Source of the DNA: an uncultured Clostridia bacterium
GTDB lineage: Bacteria; Bacillota; Clostridia; Christensenellales; UBA1242
Direction: 5' to 3'
NCBI GenBank assembly: GCA_944381825.1
Contig: CALWMK010000003.1
Coordinates: forward strand, 1,987 to 65,986
DNA: 64,000 bases
Shown piece by piece: positions 41,118 through 51,453 of the stretch; within the stretch, counting starts at the first letter, position 1; the number at the start of each line of letters is the position of its first letter. The notes under the pieces are model-generated. The model did not search any database. It was given only the letters and a program-made list of their open reading frames with translations, and was not told where the DNA came from. The position numbers and the translations under genes are program-made.

Positions 41118-42242
41118 TTGTTTTACTATATTACAACTTTTGGATGTCAAATGAATGTTCATGAAAGTGAAAAAATGGCTGGTTTGCTTAAAAAAATCGG
41201 CTATTTTCCTGCTGAAAATATTTTAAATGCTGATATTATTATTTTTAACACTTGCGCTATTCGTGAAGGGGCGCAAGATAGGGTTTTGGGCAATGTTGGT
41301 GCCCTTAAAAAAATTAAAAAGAAATTTCCTAATAAAGTAGTAATAGTATGTGGTTGTATGACTCAGCAATTAAGCGTTGCTCAAAAATTATATTCGACTT
41401 TTCCTTTTGTAGATATAATTTTAGGAACTCATAACACCCATCAACTTTTAAAATATTTAGAAGATTTTAAAAAATATGGAAAACGAATACTTGATATTGT
41501 AGAAGAAGGTGAAATTTGTGAAAATAATGACATTGAACGAACTTCAGGAAAAAATGCTTGGGTTAACATAACTTATGGATGCAACAACTTTTGTACTTAT
41601 TGCATTGTGCCATATGTTAGAGGTAGAGAAAAAAGCAGAGATAAATCAAAAATACTTGAAGAAATCGAAAATCTTGTAAAACAAAATCAATATCAAACAA
41701 TCACTTTGCTAGGACAAAATGTGAATTCATATGGTCAAGACAAAGAGGGTAATGGAAATTTTAATGAGCTTTTAAACGACATATGCAAGATTAAAGGAAA
41801 TTTTAAATTAACTTTTATGACTTCTCATCCAAAAGATTTATCGTTTGAGGTAATAGATACTATAGCAAATCAAGAAAAAATCTTAAAAGAAATACATTTA
41901 CCGGTTCAAAGCGGAAGCAATAAAATTTTAAAGCTAATGAATAGAAAATATACAATTGAAGAATATCTGAAAAAAATTGAGTATATAAAATTTAAAATTC
42001 CAAATTGCAAGCTGACAACCGACATCATTGTGGGGTTTCCAGGTGAAACAGAAACGGATTTTATGGAAACATGCAATTTAATCGAAAAAGTTCGCTTTGA
42101 TTCAATTTTTGCTTTTATGTATTCAGAAAGACCAAACACACCAGCAATAAAATTTGATGGAAAGGTTGATGAGAAAGAAAAGAACAGAAGGGTAAATTAT
42201 ATTTTAAATTTAGAAAAGAAAATACAAAAGGATAAACACTAA
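41118..42242 (+). CDS. miaB: tRNA-i6A37 methylthiotransferase MiaB, lacking C-terminal TRAM domain
   Basis: TTG 41118 lies 5 nt after GGAGG and gives MFYYITTFGCQMN. N-domain Cys residues, radical-SAM CNNFCTYC, FAFMYSERPNTPA. The protein ends about 25 aa later and its stop overlaps the mutS ATG. Alternative start ATG 41100. Confidence 0.8.
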   Translation: MFYYITTFGCQMNVHESEKMAGLLKKIGYFPAENILNADIIIFNTCAIREGAQDRVLGNVGALKKIKKKFPNKVVIVCGCMTQQLSVAQKLYSTFPFVDIILGTHNTHQLLKYLEDFKKYGKRILDIVEEGEICENNDIERTSGKNAWVNITYGCNNFCTYCIVPYVRGREKSRDKSKILEEIENLVKQNQYQTITLLGQNVNSYGQDKEGNGNFNELLNDICKIKGNFKLTFMTSHPKDLSFEVIDTIANQEKILKEIHLPVQSGSNKILKLMNRKYTIEEYLKKIEYIKFKIPNCKLTTDIIVGFPGETETDFMETCNLIEKVRFDSIFAFMYSERPNTPAIKFDGKVDEKEKNRRVNYILNLEKKIQKDKH

Positions 42243-44860
42243 TGGCTGTTACACCAATGATGCAACATTATTTGCAAACTAAAGAAAAATATAAAGATTC
42301 AATTCTCTTATACAGATTGGGTGATTTTTACGAATTTTTTAATGAAGATGCAATTGAAATGTCAAAAGCATTAGATTTGACTTTGACATCTAAAAGTTGT
42401 GGTACAAATGAAAAAGCTCCTATGTGCGGAATACCAGTTCAAACTGTTGACTCCTATATTGAAAAGATGGTTAAACTAGGCTACAAAGTTGCAGTTTGTG
42501 AACAACTGTCTGAGCCAGTTAAAAATAGCAAAACACCCGTTGAAAGAGATGTAATTAGAGTAATTACAAGTGGAACTTTGATTGAAGAAACCATTTTAGA
42601 CTCAAAATTTTCAAATTATCTTTTATGCGTGTTTGAAAAAAATGGAGATTTGGGAGTTGCATTTTGTGAGGTTTCTACTGGCGAATTTAAAACTTTAGAG
42701 TTTTCAGGTGAGGAAGACAACTACATAAAATTAAATGATTTTTTGGTTTCATTAAACATTGGCGAGATTATATGTAATCAAATTGCCAAAGAAAAACTTG
42801 ATAAATTACCTGTGGCAAAAATGGATTTGTTGCCTAAAATAAATATGTATTATGATTGGGCTTTTGAATATTCAAATGCAAACAAAAGTTTGGAAACACA
42901 TTTTAAATCTAATTATATTTCTATTTTTGAACTTGATAAAAATAAGCTTTCAATTTGTGCTTGTGGTGCATTAATGCAGTATTTAAATGAAACTCAAAAA
43001 AATGCTTTATATCATATAAATAAAATTTCTAAGTATGAATCTGAAATATATCTTACACTAGATGTAAACACAAAAAGAAATTTAGAAATTCATGAAACTT
43101 TTAAAGAAAGAAGAAAGCGTGGAGCATTAATTTGGCTTTTGGATAATACTAAAACCAACATGGGCTCAAGACTTTTAAAAAACTGGATAGGGCATCCTTT
43201 AAGAAATGAAAAGTTGATTAATGAAAGACTTGATGCTGTAGAAGAACTATGTTCAAAATTAATTTTAAGAGATAATTTAGGCTTTGAACTTGCTCACATT
43301 TATGACATTGAAAGATTAGTTGGAAGAATAGCATGTGTTGGTTTGCATCCAAAACATTGTGTGAATTTGGCACAGTCTTTAAAAATTGTTCCAGAAATAA
43401 AAAAAATAATGTCAAATTTCAAATCTAGCAAGCTTGTTAATTTGTACAAAAACATTGAAAACTTTGAACAAGTTTATGAAGAACTAGAAAAAGCCTTCAT
43501 TTTAGATCCTCCTACCCAAATAAAGGATGGAGGATTTATTAAAGAAGGCTATTCACAGGAACTGGACGAGCTTAGAGATGTTTCGCAAAAAGCTGTACTT
43601 TGGATTAATAAACTTGAGCAAACTGAAAGAGAAAATTCAAATATTAAAAATTTAAAACTTTTATATAACAGAGTTCATGGTTATTTTTTTGAAGTTAATA
43701 AATCTCAATCACATTTAGTTCCACTTCATTTTATAAGAAAACAAACTGTCGCAAACAATGAACGATATGTGACGAAAGAATTAAAAGAACTTGAAGAAAA
43801 AATTCTTTCAGCAAATGATGAGGCAATAAAACTTGAACAAAAATTATTTTTGTCAATTAAGAAAAAATTAATTTCTATTATACCTAATCTTCAAAAACTT
43901 GGAAATGTTTTAGCTGAGATTGATTGCTTAAATTCTTTTGCAAATTCAGCAGTTAGAAATAATTATGTCAAGCCAAAAATTAACTCGAAGATAGACCATA
44001 TTAAAATTATCGATGGAAGGCATCCCGTTGTAGAATCTTTGTTAAAAGATGGACAATTTATTCCAAATGATACATATTTAAACAACACGACAGATAAAAC
44101 TATGATAATAACTGGTCCTAATATGGCGGGAAAAAGCACTTATATGCGACAAGTTGCTTTAATTACACTAATGGCGCATTTGGGTAGTTTTGTTCCTGCT
44201 AAACAAGCTGAAATATCAATATGTGACCGTATTTTTACTAGAGTAGGTGCAAGTGATGATGTTACATTTGGGCAAAGTACTTTTATGGTTGAAATGAGTG
44301 AAGTTGCCAATATTTTGCACAATGCCACAGATAATAGTTTAATAGTGCTTGATGAAATTGGAAGAGCAACATCAACATTTGATGGGCTTTCTATTGCATG
44401 GTCAGTTGTTGAGTTCTTATCGCAAAAAATGAATGCAAAAACATTGTTTGCAACTCATTATCATGAACTTACAGAATTAGAAGGTTTAATGCCAGGGGTT
44501 AAAAACTATAGAATATTGCTAAAAGAAATTAACAATAGCATTGTTTTTTTACGAAAAATTGTAAGGGGTGGTGCAAATAGGAGTTTTGGAATAGAAGTTG
44601 CCTCTTTAGCTGGTCTTCCAAAGGAAGTAATAGAAAGAGCTAAACAAATTAGCAAAAAGTTAGAAACCTCTGATGTCAATTATAAAATTACAACCTCAAA
44701 CGAAGATTTAAAACAAAAAAATGAAGAAAAGAAAAAAAACTATGCAAAAATTATTGGAATTTTGCAGGATATAAAAATTGAAAATGTAACACCTTTGGCT
44801 GCTTTTGAAATTCTTAATGATTTGGTTGAAAAAATAAAAAAGGAGAATTCAGATGAGTAA
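42242..44860 (+). CDS. mutS: DNA mismatch repair protein MutS
   Basis: N-terminal TPMMQHYL..LYRLGDFYE, Walker A GPNMAGKST, DEIGRATST. Confidence 0.95.
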   Translation: MAVTPMMQHYLQTKEKYKDSILLYRLGDFYEFFNEDAIEMSKALDLTLTSKSCGTNEKAPMCGIPVQTVDSYIEKMVKLGYKVAVCEQLSEPVKNSKTPVERDVIRVITSGTLIEETILDSKFSNYLLCVFEKNGDLGVAFCEVSTGEFKTLEFSGEEDNYIKLNDFLVSLNIGEIICNQIAKEKLDKLPVAKMDLLPKINMYYDWAFEYSNANKSLETHFKSNYISIFELDKNKLSICACGALMQYLNETQKNALYHINKISKYESEIYLTLDVNTKRNLEIHETFKERRKRGALIWLLDNTKTNMGSRLLKNWIGHPLRNEKLINERLDAVEELCSKLILRDNLGFELAHIYDIERLVGRIACVGLHPKHCVNLAQSLKIVPEIKKIMSNFKSSKLVNLYKNIENFEQVYEELEKAFILDPPTQIKDGGFIKEGYSQELDELRDVSQKAVLWINKLEQTERENSNIKNLKLLYNRVHGYFFEVNKSQSHLVPLHFIRKQTVANNERYVTKELKELEEKILSANDEAIKLEQKLFLSIKKKLISIIPNLQKLGNVLAEIDCLNSFANSAVRNNYVKPKINSKIDHIKIIDGRHPVVESLLKDGQFIPNDTYLNNTTDKTMIITGPNMAGKSTYMRQVALITLMAHLGSFVPAKQAEISICDRIFTRVGASDDVTFGQSTFMVEMSEVANILHNATDNSLIVLDEIGRATSTFDGLSIAWSVVEFLSQKMNAKTLFATHYHELTELEGLMPGVKNYRILLKEINNSIVFLRKIVRGGANRSFGIEVASLAGLPKEVIERAKQISKKLETSDVNYKITTSNEDLKQKNEEKKKNYAKIIGILQDIKIENVTPLAAFEILNDLVEKIKKENSDE

Positions 44861-46721
44861 TATTAAAATTTTAGATAGTCAAATTACAAACAGAATTTCT
44901 GCAGGTGAAGTTATTGAAAAGCCAGCATCCATTGTTAAGGAACTTATGGAAAACAGTATAGACGCAGGCGCAGATCGTATTACAATTGAAATTGAAAATG
45001 GTGGAATTAAAAGAATTTCTGTTTATGATAATGGAAGTGGTATTGCAAAGGAAGATTTAAAACTTTCAATTTTTCCTCATGCAACAAGTAAAATTTCTAC
45101 ACTTGAAGATTTGGATGCAATTAACACACTGGGATTTAGAGGTGAGGCTTTGGCAAGTATTGTTGCTGTTACTCAAACTGAAATTACAACTTGTACAGAA
45201 TTTCAAGAAATTGGCGCGAAAATAAGAGTTTGTGGAGGTATTATTGAATTTATAGAGGATATGGCTTGCCCAATAGGAACGCGAATTGATGTATGTAACC
45301 TATTTTATAATACTCCTGTGCGTGCAAAATTTTTAAGAAAGCCTAAAAGTGAAGAAGCTGATATTACCGATTTTGTTGAAAAAATGATGATGGCTTATCC
45401 ACAAATAAGTTTTAAATATGTAATTGATGGGAATATTAGATATAATACTATGGGTAGTAGTTTGCGTGATAATATTTATACAATATATGGTAATGAAATC
45501 TCTCAAAATCTTATTGAAGTTAATTTTTCGCAAGAAAATTATAGGGTTACAGGTTATATTGGAAATGCACAAATTTCAAAAGCAAATAGAAATTATCAGA
45601 CTTTATTTGTAGCAGGACGGTATGTTAAAAATTATATGATTTCAACAGCAGTACAAAATGCTTATGATGATTTTTTAATGAAAGGAAAATTTCCGTTTTA
45701 TGTTTTGAATTTAACCCTGCCACCAGAAAGCCTAGATGTAAATGTTCATCCTAACAAACTGGAGGTAAAGTTTGAAAGGCCAAACTTAATTTATTCTATT
45801 TTTAATAATGCTGTTTCTAAAGCGCTTTATGAAAATGAACTTCCAAAAGAGGCTTTTGAAGAACCAATAATAAATGAAAATAAAATAAGCTTTGAAAAGT
45901 ATGAGGAATTAAAACCAATTATAAAAGATGAAGGAATAAGTTTTGTTGAAGAAGAACCACATGTCAAAACCAGCAGAGGTGAAATTATTATAAAAACTGA
46001 CCTTTCAAAACAAAGCCCTAAAGACGAATCAGTTACTTTCCGTGAAAATCAACTTTTAGACAAAATTTTAATGTCAAAATTAGAGGATAAAATTGAATTA
46101 AATTCAAATGTCGAGAGCTATGAAAATTCTGAAATTGACAATGTAAATAACCTTAATAAACTTGAAATAATTGGCACGCTTTTTAAAACATATATAGTTG
46201 TTGAAACAAAAGATGAAGTACTTTTTATCGATCAACATGCAGCTCATGAAAGAATTTTGTATGATAAATTTATGCTTCAAATAAAAGAACAAAAAATTAC
46301 AATTCAAGAGCTATTATCACCTTATATTTTAAAATTAAAAGATAATGAATTTCTATTTATCAAAGAACATGAAGAATTATTAAAAGAATTTGGATTTGTT
46401 ATAGATGAATATGGATTAAACACTTTTAAAATTTCTGCAGTTCCATATATTTTTTCTAATTTAAGTTTAAAACAATTTTTTGAAGACATACTTTCCAATT
46501 TTGGTGAGTATGCAAAAAAACCTCTTGATTATTTAAAAGAATCCATTGCAACAAAAGCTTGTAAAGCAGCAATTAAAGCTGGACAAGTTCTTTCAGAAGA
46601 AGAAATTAGATTGCTTTTAAATTTAATGACAAATGGTGTTTTGCATTGTCCTCATGGTAGACCTTTTGTTGTTCGTTTTACAAAAACTCAATTTGAAAAA
46701 TGGTTTAAAAGGATAGTTTGA
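44853..46721 (+). CDS. mutL: DNA mismatch repair protein MutL
   Basis: GHKL ATPase motifs (ELMENSIDAGA, DNGSGI, GFRGEAL). C-terminal endonuclease region DQHAAHERI. Confidence 0.95.
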   Translation: MSNIKILDSQITNRISAGEVIEKPASIVKELMENSIDAGADRITIEIENGGIKRISVYDNGSGIAKEDLKLSIFPHATSKISTLEDLDAINTLGFRGEALASIVAVTQTEITTCTEFQEIGAKIRVCGGIIEFIEDMACPIGTRIDVCNLFYNTPVRAKFLRKPKSEEADITDFVEKMMMAYPQISFKYVIDGNIRYNTMGSSLRDNIYTIYGNEISQNLIEVNFSQENYRVTGYIGNAQISKANRNYQTLFVAGRYVKNYMISTAVQNAYDDFLMKGKFPFYVLNLTLPPESLDVNVHPNKLEVKFERPNLIYSIFNNAVSKALYENELPKEAFEEPIINENKISFEKYEELKPIIKDEGISFVEEEPHVKTSRGEIIIKTDLSKQSPKDESVTFRENQLLDKILMSKLEDKIELNSNVESYENSEIDNVNNLNKLEIIGTLFKTYIVVETKDEVLFIDQHAAHERILYDKFMLQIKEQKITIQELLSPYILKLKDNEFLFIKEHEELLKEFGFVIDEYGLNTFKISAVPYIFSNLSLKQFFEDILSNFGEYAKKPLDYLKESIATKACKAAIKAGQVLSEEEIRLLLNLMTNGVLHCPHGRPFVVRFTKTQFEKWFKRIV

Positions 46722-46722
46722 T

Positions 46723-47598
46723 ATGAAAATTCCAATTATCTTAGGACCAACAGGTGTTGGAAAGTCTGACTTTGCAATCAAGCTAGCAAAAAAAATTAAT
46801 GGAGAAATAATATCTGCAGATAGTTGTCAGGTTTATAAATATTTTGATATTGGCAGTGCAAAAGTTTCAAAGGAACAACAAAATGAAATAACGCATCATT
46901 TGATTGACATTTTAGAACCCAATCAAACTTTCAATGCTTGTCTTTTTCAAAAATTTGCCAAAGGTTGTATTGAAGAAATAAAATCTAGAGGAAAAAATCC
47001 CATAATTTGCGGTGGTACTGGCTTATATATAAAAGGTCTTGTTTTTAACTATGATTTCAACAACACAAAAAGAAATGAGCGATTGCGTAAAGAATGTGAA
47101 GAAATAATTAAAAATCAGGGCATTTCGGCTTTATATCAAATTTTAAAAGAAAAAAATGCAAATTTGGCTAAGAACATTTCTTTAAATGATAAAACTAGAA
47201 TTATTAGAGCTTTAGAAACTAATTCTTTGCCTTCACAAAATTCTGACAATTCTGACCTATATGTTATATTTGCAATGGATTTAGACAGACAGGAACTTTA
47301 TAGAAAGATAGACAATCGGGTTGATGAAATGATTAAAAAAGGACTTTTTGATGAAGTTAAAAATATATTAAATTCTTTTGGTTCAACTCCACAAGCTCTA
47401 AGTTCAATAGGTTATAAAGAGGTAGTTAGTTTTTATAAGGGAGAAATTACAAAGGAAAAAGCAATTGAACTTATAAAGCAACATTCAAGGAACTATGCCA
47501 AAAGACAATTAACTTTTATTAGGGGGTTAAAAAATGTAATTTGGCTCAATGCAAGTAAAATTGAAGAGGTGATAAGAAATTATGAAAAATATTTATGA
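46723..47598 (+). CDS. miaA: tRNA dimethylallyltransferase
   Basis: P-loop GPTGVGKS, SADSCQVY, GGTGLY. Confidence 0.9.
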   Translation: MKIPIILGPTGVGKSDFAIKLAKKINGEIISADSCQVYKYFDIGSAKVSKEQQNEITHHLIDILEPNQTFNACLFQKFAKGCIEEIKSRGKNPIICGGTGLYIKGLVFNYDFNNTKRNERLRKECEEIIKNQGISALYQILKEKNANLAKNISLNDKTRIIRALETNSLPSQNSDNSDLYVIFAMDLDRQELYRKIDNRVDEMIKKGLFDEVKNILNSFGSTPQALSSIGYKEVVSFYKGEITKEKAIELIKQHSRNYAKRQLTFIRGLKNVIWLNASKIEEVIRNYEKYL

Positions 47599-48781
47599 AA
47601 TTGAAGATGAACTCAAAGAGCAATTTAAAAGAATTGACGAAATTGCATTTGTAAATCAAAAAAGGGTTTTGGAGGCCTTTAAACAAGCTAATGTTTGCAC
47701 AAATCATTTTGCAGGCACGACAGGATATGGTTATAGCGATATTGGGAAGGAAAAACTTTGTGAGGTTTTTGCAAATTTTTTTGGAACAGATACTGCAATT
47801 GTTTCACCTTTATTGACTTGTGCTACTCATGCAATAACAGTTGCGCTTATGGGTCTTTTAAGACCTCACGATGTTATGTTTTCTATAACTGGAAAGCCAT
47901 ATGATACTCTTGATGATGTGATTTTTAAGGAAAATAATGGGGGATTTAAAGATTTTTTAATTGAATATAAAGAAGCGAATATATTTAAACAAGATTTTTC
48001 TGAAATCGAAAAACAATTATTAGAAGTTAAGCCAAAAGTTATATTTATTCAGCGTTCTAGAGGATATAACTGGTCAAGCGGACTTTCTTGTGAACAGATT
48101 TTGAAACTAACACAAAAACTTAAAAAGCTTTTGCCAAACTCCTATATTTTTCTAGATAATTGTTATGGGGAAATGACATATGATTATGAACCAACCAAAT
48201 ATATTGATGTTTGTGTGGGCTCTTTAATTAAAAATGCAGGTGGTGGAATTGCACAAACTGGAGCTTATATTGCAGGCACTTACGATGCTATAGATAAAAT
48301 TTCTACTCGTTTCACATCTCCAGCTTTAAAAACTGAAACTGGAAGTTATGAAATGGGTTATAGAATTTTTTTTGAAGGATTTTTCCTTGCTCCACAAGTT
48401 GTTAAAAACGCACTAAAAGGTGCAATGCTAATAGGTGAGGTGTTAAATCAAAAAGGCTACGAGGTTTTGCCAAAATCTAATGAAAAGCCTAATGATGTTG
48501 TCAAGTCAATTCTTTTTAATTCGCCAGAAAAATTGATTGCATTTGTTCAGTTGATACAAAAAAATTCACCTGTTGATAGCACATTTTTGCCACAACCAAG
48601 TGATATGCAAGGCTATGATGACAAAATTATTATGGCTAGTGGAAGTTTTGTAAGTGGTTCATCTATTGAACTAAGTTGTGATGCGCCAATAAAACCTCCG
48701 TATATTGCATATTTTCAAGGTGGATTAACCTACGAACATTGCAAAATAGTTGCTGAAAAAATTTTAGATAGTTTTAAATAG
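47582..48781 (+). CDS. PLP-dependent Met-gamma-lyase-family ('aluminium resistance', YnbB-like) protein
   Basis: N-terminal ..QKRVLEAFKQANVCTNHFAGTTGYGYSDIGKEKL.. is typical of this family. 17-nt overlap with miaA. Confidence 0.6.
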   Translation: MKNIYEIEDELKEQFKRIDEIAFVNQKRVLEAFKQANVCTNHFAGTTGYGYSDIGKEKLCEVFANFFGTDTAIVSPLLTCATHAITVALMGLLRPHDVMFSITGKPYDTLDDVIFKENNGGFKDFLIEYKEANIFKQDFSEIEKQLLEVKPKVIFIQRSRGYNWSSGLSCEQILKLTQKLKKLLPNSYIFLDNCYGEMTYDYEPTKYIDVCVGSLIKNAGGGIAQTGAYIAGTYDAIDKISTRFTSPALKTETGSYEMGYRIFFEGFFLAPQVVKNALKGAMLIGEVLNQKGYEVLPKSNEKPNDVVKSILFNSPEKLIAFVQLIQKNSPVDSTFLPQPSDMQGYDDKIIMASGSFVSGSSIELSCDAPIKPPYIAYFQGGLTYEHCKIVAEKILDSFK

Positions 48782-48867
48782 TTAAAAATATAAATTTTAA
48801 TTTATGTTTAAAAATTAATTTTTGAATTTTTAATAAAATTAAAATTAAGTAATTGAAATTTAATTAA

Positions 48868-49890
48868 TTATCTTAGTTTAACTTTGCTTGCTGCATTTCG
48901 CCTGATATCATCGCTTAATGCGGCATAATGCCTTTTTGTTGTATTTACATCTTTATGGCCTAAAACATCTGCTACAACATAAATATCGTTTGTTTCTCTA
49001 TACAAATTTGTGCCATAAGTGCTTCTTAATTTGTGAGGAGAAATTTTTTTTAATGGATTTACAATTTTACTAAATTTTTTAACAAGATTTTGCACAGCTC
49101 TAGTTGAAATTCGTTTTTTTTGTAGCGATAAGAAAAAGGCATTGTCATTAATTTCTAATAAATCTCTTTGCTTTTTATATTCTAATAGCGCGTCTTTTAC
49201 TTCATCTGAAAAATAAAGCACAACTTGGTTTCCGCCCTTTCGAGTAATTTTAAAAGCATTTGATGCAAAGTCAATATCTTCTATATTTAAACCAACAAGT
49301 TCGCTCACACGAATTCCAGTCCCTAAAAAGACGCTTAAAATTGCAACATCTCGTTTTGCAGTATGTTTGTTATATGATGCTTGAGTTTTAGATTCAAAAT
49401 TTGAATTTTCGGCTTCATTTAATATTTTAGCAACTTCGTCAATCTCCAAACGGATTATATCTTTTTGATGTAGCTTTGGTGTTTGAATTTTTGAAGCCAC
49501 ATTAGATGTGATTTTGTCTTTATTATAAAAAAATTTCAAAAAGCTTCTGACACTTGCAAGTTTTCGAGCTTTTCCTCTTTCTCCATTGTGAAAATTTTTA
49601 TTATCAAAAGTATAGTAGGTGAGATAGCTCAAATATCCTTCTATATCTGTCGATGTTAATTTATCTAAATCAGACAAGGTTATTGCTTTTGCATTTTTAT
49701 CAAATTTGTATTTTGACAAATAGTCAAAAAAAATCCTAAGGTCCATTGCATAGTTCATTCTTGTTAATGTAGATGTGTAATTTTCCATACCTATAAAAAA
49801 TTCAAAGCAAAAATCTGGCATATCATTTAAAAAATTTGCTATGTGTTTTGTGTTTTGTTTATTTCTTTCCAAAAAATAATTTGTCTTCAT
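48868..49890 (-). CDS. Tyrosine recombinase, XerC/XerD-like
   Basis: Catalytic region ..GIRVSEL.., HKLRSTYGT, GHKDVNTTKRHYA (R-H-R-Y context). Confidence 0.8.
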   Translation of the reverse strand: MKTNYFLERNKQNTKHIANFLNDMPDFCFEFFIGMENYTSTLTRMNYAMDLRIFFDYLSKYKFDKNAKAITLSDLDKLTSTDIEGYLSYLTYYTFDNKNFHNGERGKARKLASVRSFLKFFYNKDKITSNVASKIQTPKLHQKDIIRLEIDEVAKILNEAENSNFESKTQASYNKHTAKRDVAILSVFLGTGIRVSELVGLNIEDIDFASNAFKITRKGGNQVVLYFSDEVKDALLEYKKQRDLLEINDNAFFLSLQKKRISTRAVQNLVKKFSKIVNPLKKISPHKLRSTYGTNLYRETNDIYVVADVLGHKDVNTTKRHYAALSDDIRRNAASKVKLR

Positions 49891-49955
49891 GTTTTTATTA
49901 TAACAAATAATAATTTAAATTAAAACACTTTTGAAAATATAAAAAGCTTTTTTAC

Positions 49956-49984
49956 TTGATTTTTGTTTAAATGTTAATTATAAT
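49956..49984 (+). promoter_or_regulatory. Putative serS promoter
   Basis: TTGATT (49956-49961), 17-nt spacer, TATAAT (49979-49984). Confidence 0.5.
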
Positions 49985-50174
49985 GATTGTGCAGACTTTA
50001 TCGTTAGCTCACTATGTTAGCAACCATATAATTATTGTTGCTTTCTAGCGAATCACAAATGCCTTAAGGGCTTGTTTCTTCGCTCCTTGCGATAAATTAA
50101 AGAAGTGAGAATTGGATAATTAGCTATTATTTTAATATAATTTCCTCGCAAAATAACATTCTTAGGAGAATAAA

Positions 50175-51452
50175 ATGTTAGACATAAATTTAATTAAAGA
50201 AAATCCTGATAAGGTTGTAAAACTATTAAAAAATAAAGGTTGGGATTTTGAACCATCAACATTATTAAATTTAAATGAAAAAAGAAAACAATTAATATTT
50301 TCTTGTGATGAAATAAAATCAGAAAAAAACAAGCTTTCATCTACGGTTCCGTTGGTGAAAAAACAAGGAGGAGATGTTTCTAAAATTTTTGATCAAGTAA
50401 AAGCACTAAATCAAAAAATTGAAGATTTAGAAATTCAAATTTCAAATATAAATAAACAAATATTTGATATTATTTCAGAATTGCCAAATCTGCCTGATGA
50501 AGATTTGCTTGCAGGTGAAAAAGAAAACAATAAAGTTTTAAGAATAACAAATCAAAAACCAGAATTTGACTTTGAATATAAAGACCATGTTTCACTTTGC
50601 GAAAAGTTGGGTATTATTGACTATCAAAGAGCCGCAAAAGTAAGTGGAAGAGGAACATGGATATATACAGGTGATGGAGCAAGGTTGGAATGGGCATTGC
50701 TAAACTATTTTATTTCTGAACATTTAAAAGATGGTTATCAATTTATACTTCCTCCACATCTATTAAATTTTGAAAGTGGCTTCACAGCTGGTCAATTTCC
50801 AAAATTTTCTAAAGATGTTTTTTGGCTTGAGGGAACTCAACCTAATAAATTTCTTTTACCTACTGCTGAAACAGCTCTTGTAAATCTTCATAGAGATGAA
50901 ATTTTAAAAGAAGAGGATTTGCCAAAGAAATATTTTGCTTATACGCCTTGTTATCGTTTGGAAGCAGGAAGTTACAGAAGCGAAGAACGCGGAATGGTAA
51001 GAGGTTATCAGTTTAATAAAGTTGAAATGGTTCAATACACAACTGAAGAGGGTTCAGACCTAGCCTTTGAAGAATTGGTGGAAAAAGCTGAAAGACTTAT
51101 TAAAAATTTAGGCTTACATTTTAGAACTAGCAAACTTGCTGCAGGTGATTGTTCTCATTCTATGGCAAGAACTTACGACATAGAAGTTTGGATTCCTAGC
51201 ATGCAAATTTATAAAGAAGTATCATCAGTTTCAAATGCTAGAAATTATCAAGCAAGGCGTGGTAATATGAAGTACAGGGATTCCAAGACTGGAAAAACTA
51301 AATATATGCACACCTTAAACGGTTCGGGGCTTGCGACATCAAGATTGTTCCCAGCTATAATTGAACAATTTCAAAATGCAGATGGAACGGTAACAATTCC
51401 TGAAGTATTGCGTCCATTTATGGGAGGACAAAGTATTATAAAAGGTAATTAA
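50175..51452 (+). CDS. serS: Serine--tRNA ligase
   Basis: N-terminal coiled-coil arm. Class II motifs (..PTAE.., CYRLEAGS, GSGLATSR). Confidence 0.95.
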   Translation: MLDINLIKENPDKVVKLLKNKGWDFEPSTLLNLNEKRKQLIFSCDEIKSEKNKLSSTVPLVKKQGGDVSKIFDQVKALNQKIEDLEIQISNINKQIFDIISELPNLPDEDLLAGEKENNKVLRITNQKPEFDFEYKDHVSLCEKLGIIDYQRAAKVSGRGTWIYTGDGARLEWALLNYFISEHLKDGYQFILPPHLLNFESGFTAGQFPKFSKDVFWLEGTQPNKFLLPTAETALVNLHRDEILKEEDLPKKYFAYTPCYRLEAGSYRSEERGMVRGYQFNKVEMVQYTTEEGSDLAFEELVEKAERLIKNLGLHFRTSKLAAGDCSHSMARTYDIEVWIPSMQIYKEVSSVSNARNYQARRGNMKYRDSKTGKTKYMHTLNGSGLATSRLFPAIIEQFQNADGTVTIPEVLRPFMGGQSIIKGN

Positions 51453-51453
51453 A

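Noticed and set aside
48868-49890. Tyrosine recombinase as marker of an integrated mobile element or prophage
   Set aside because: Housekeeping genes flank it on both sides (miaA/ynbB-like and serS). There are no phage, conjugation or transposition genes, no tRNA attachment site, and I found no flanking direct repeats. It is more consistent with a chromosomal Xer-type recombinase.
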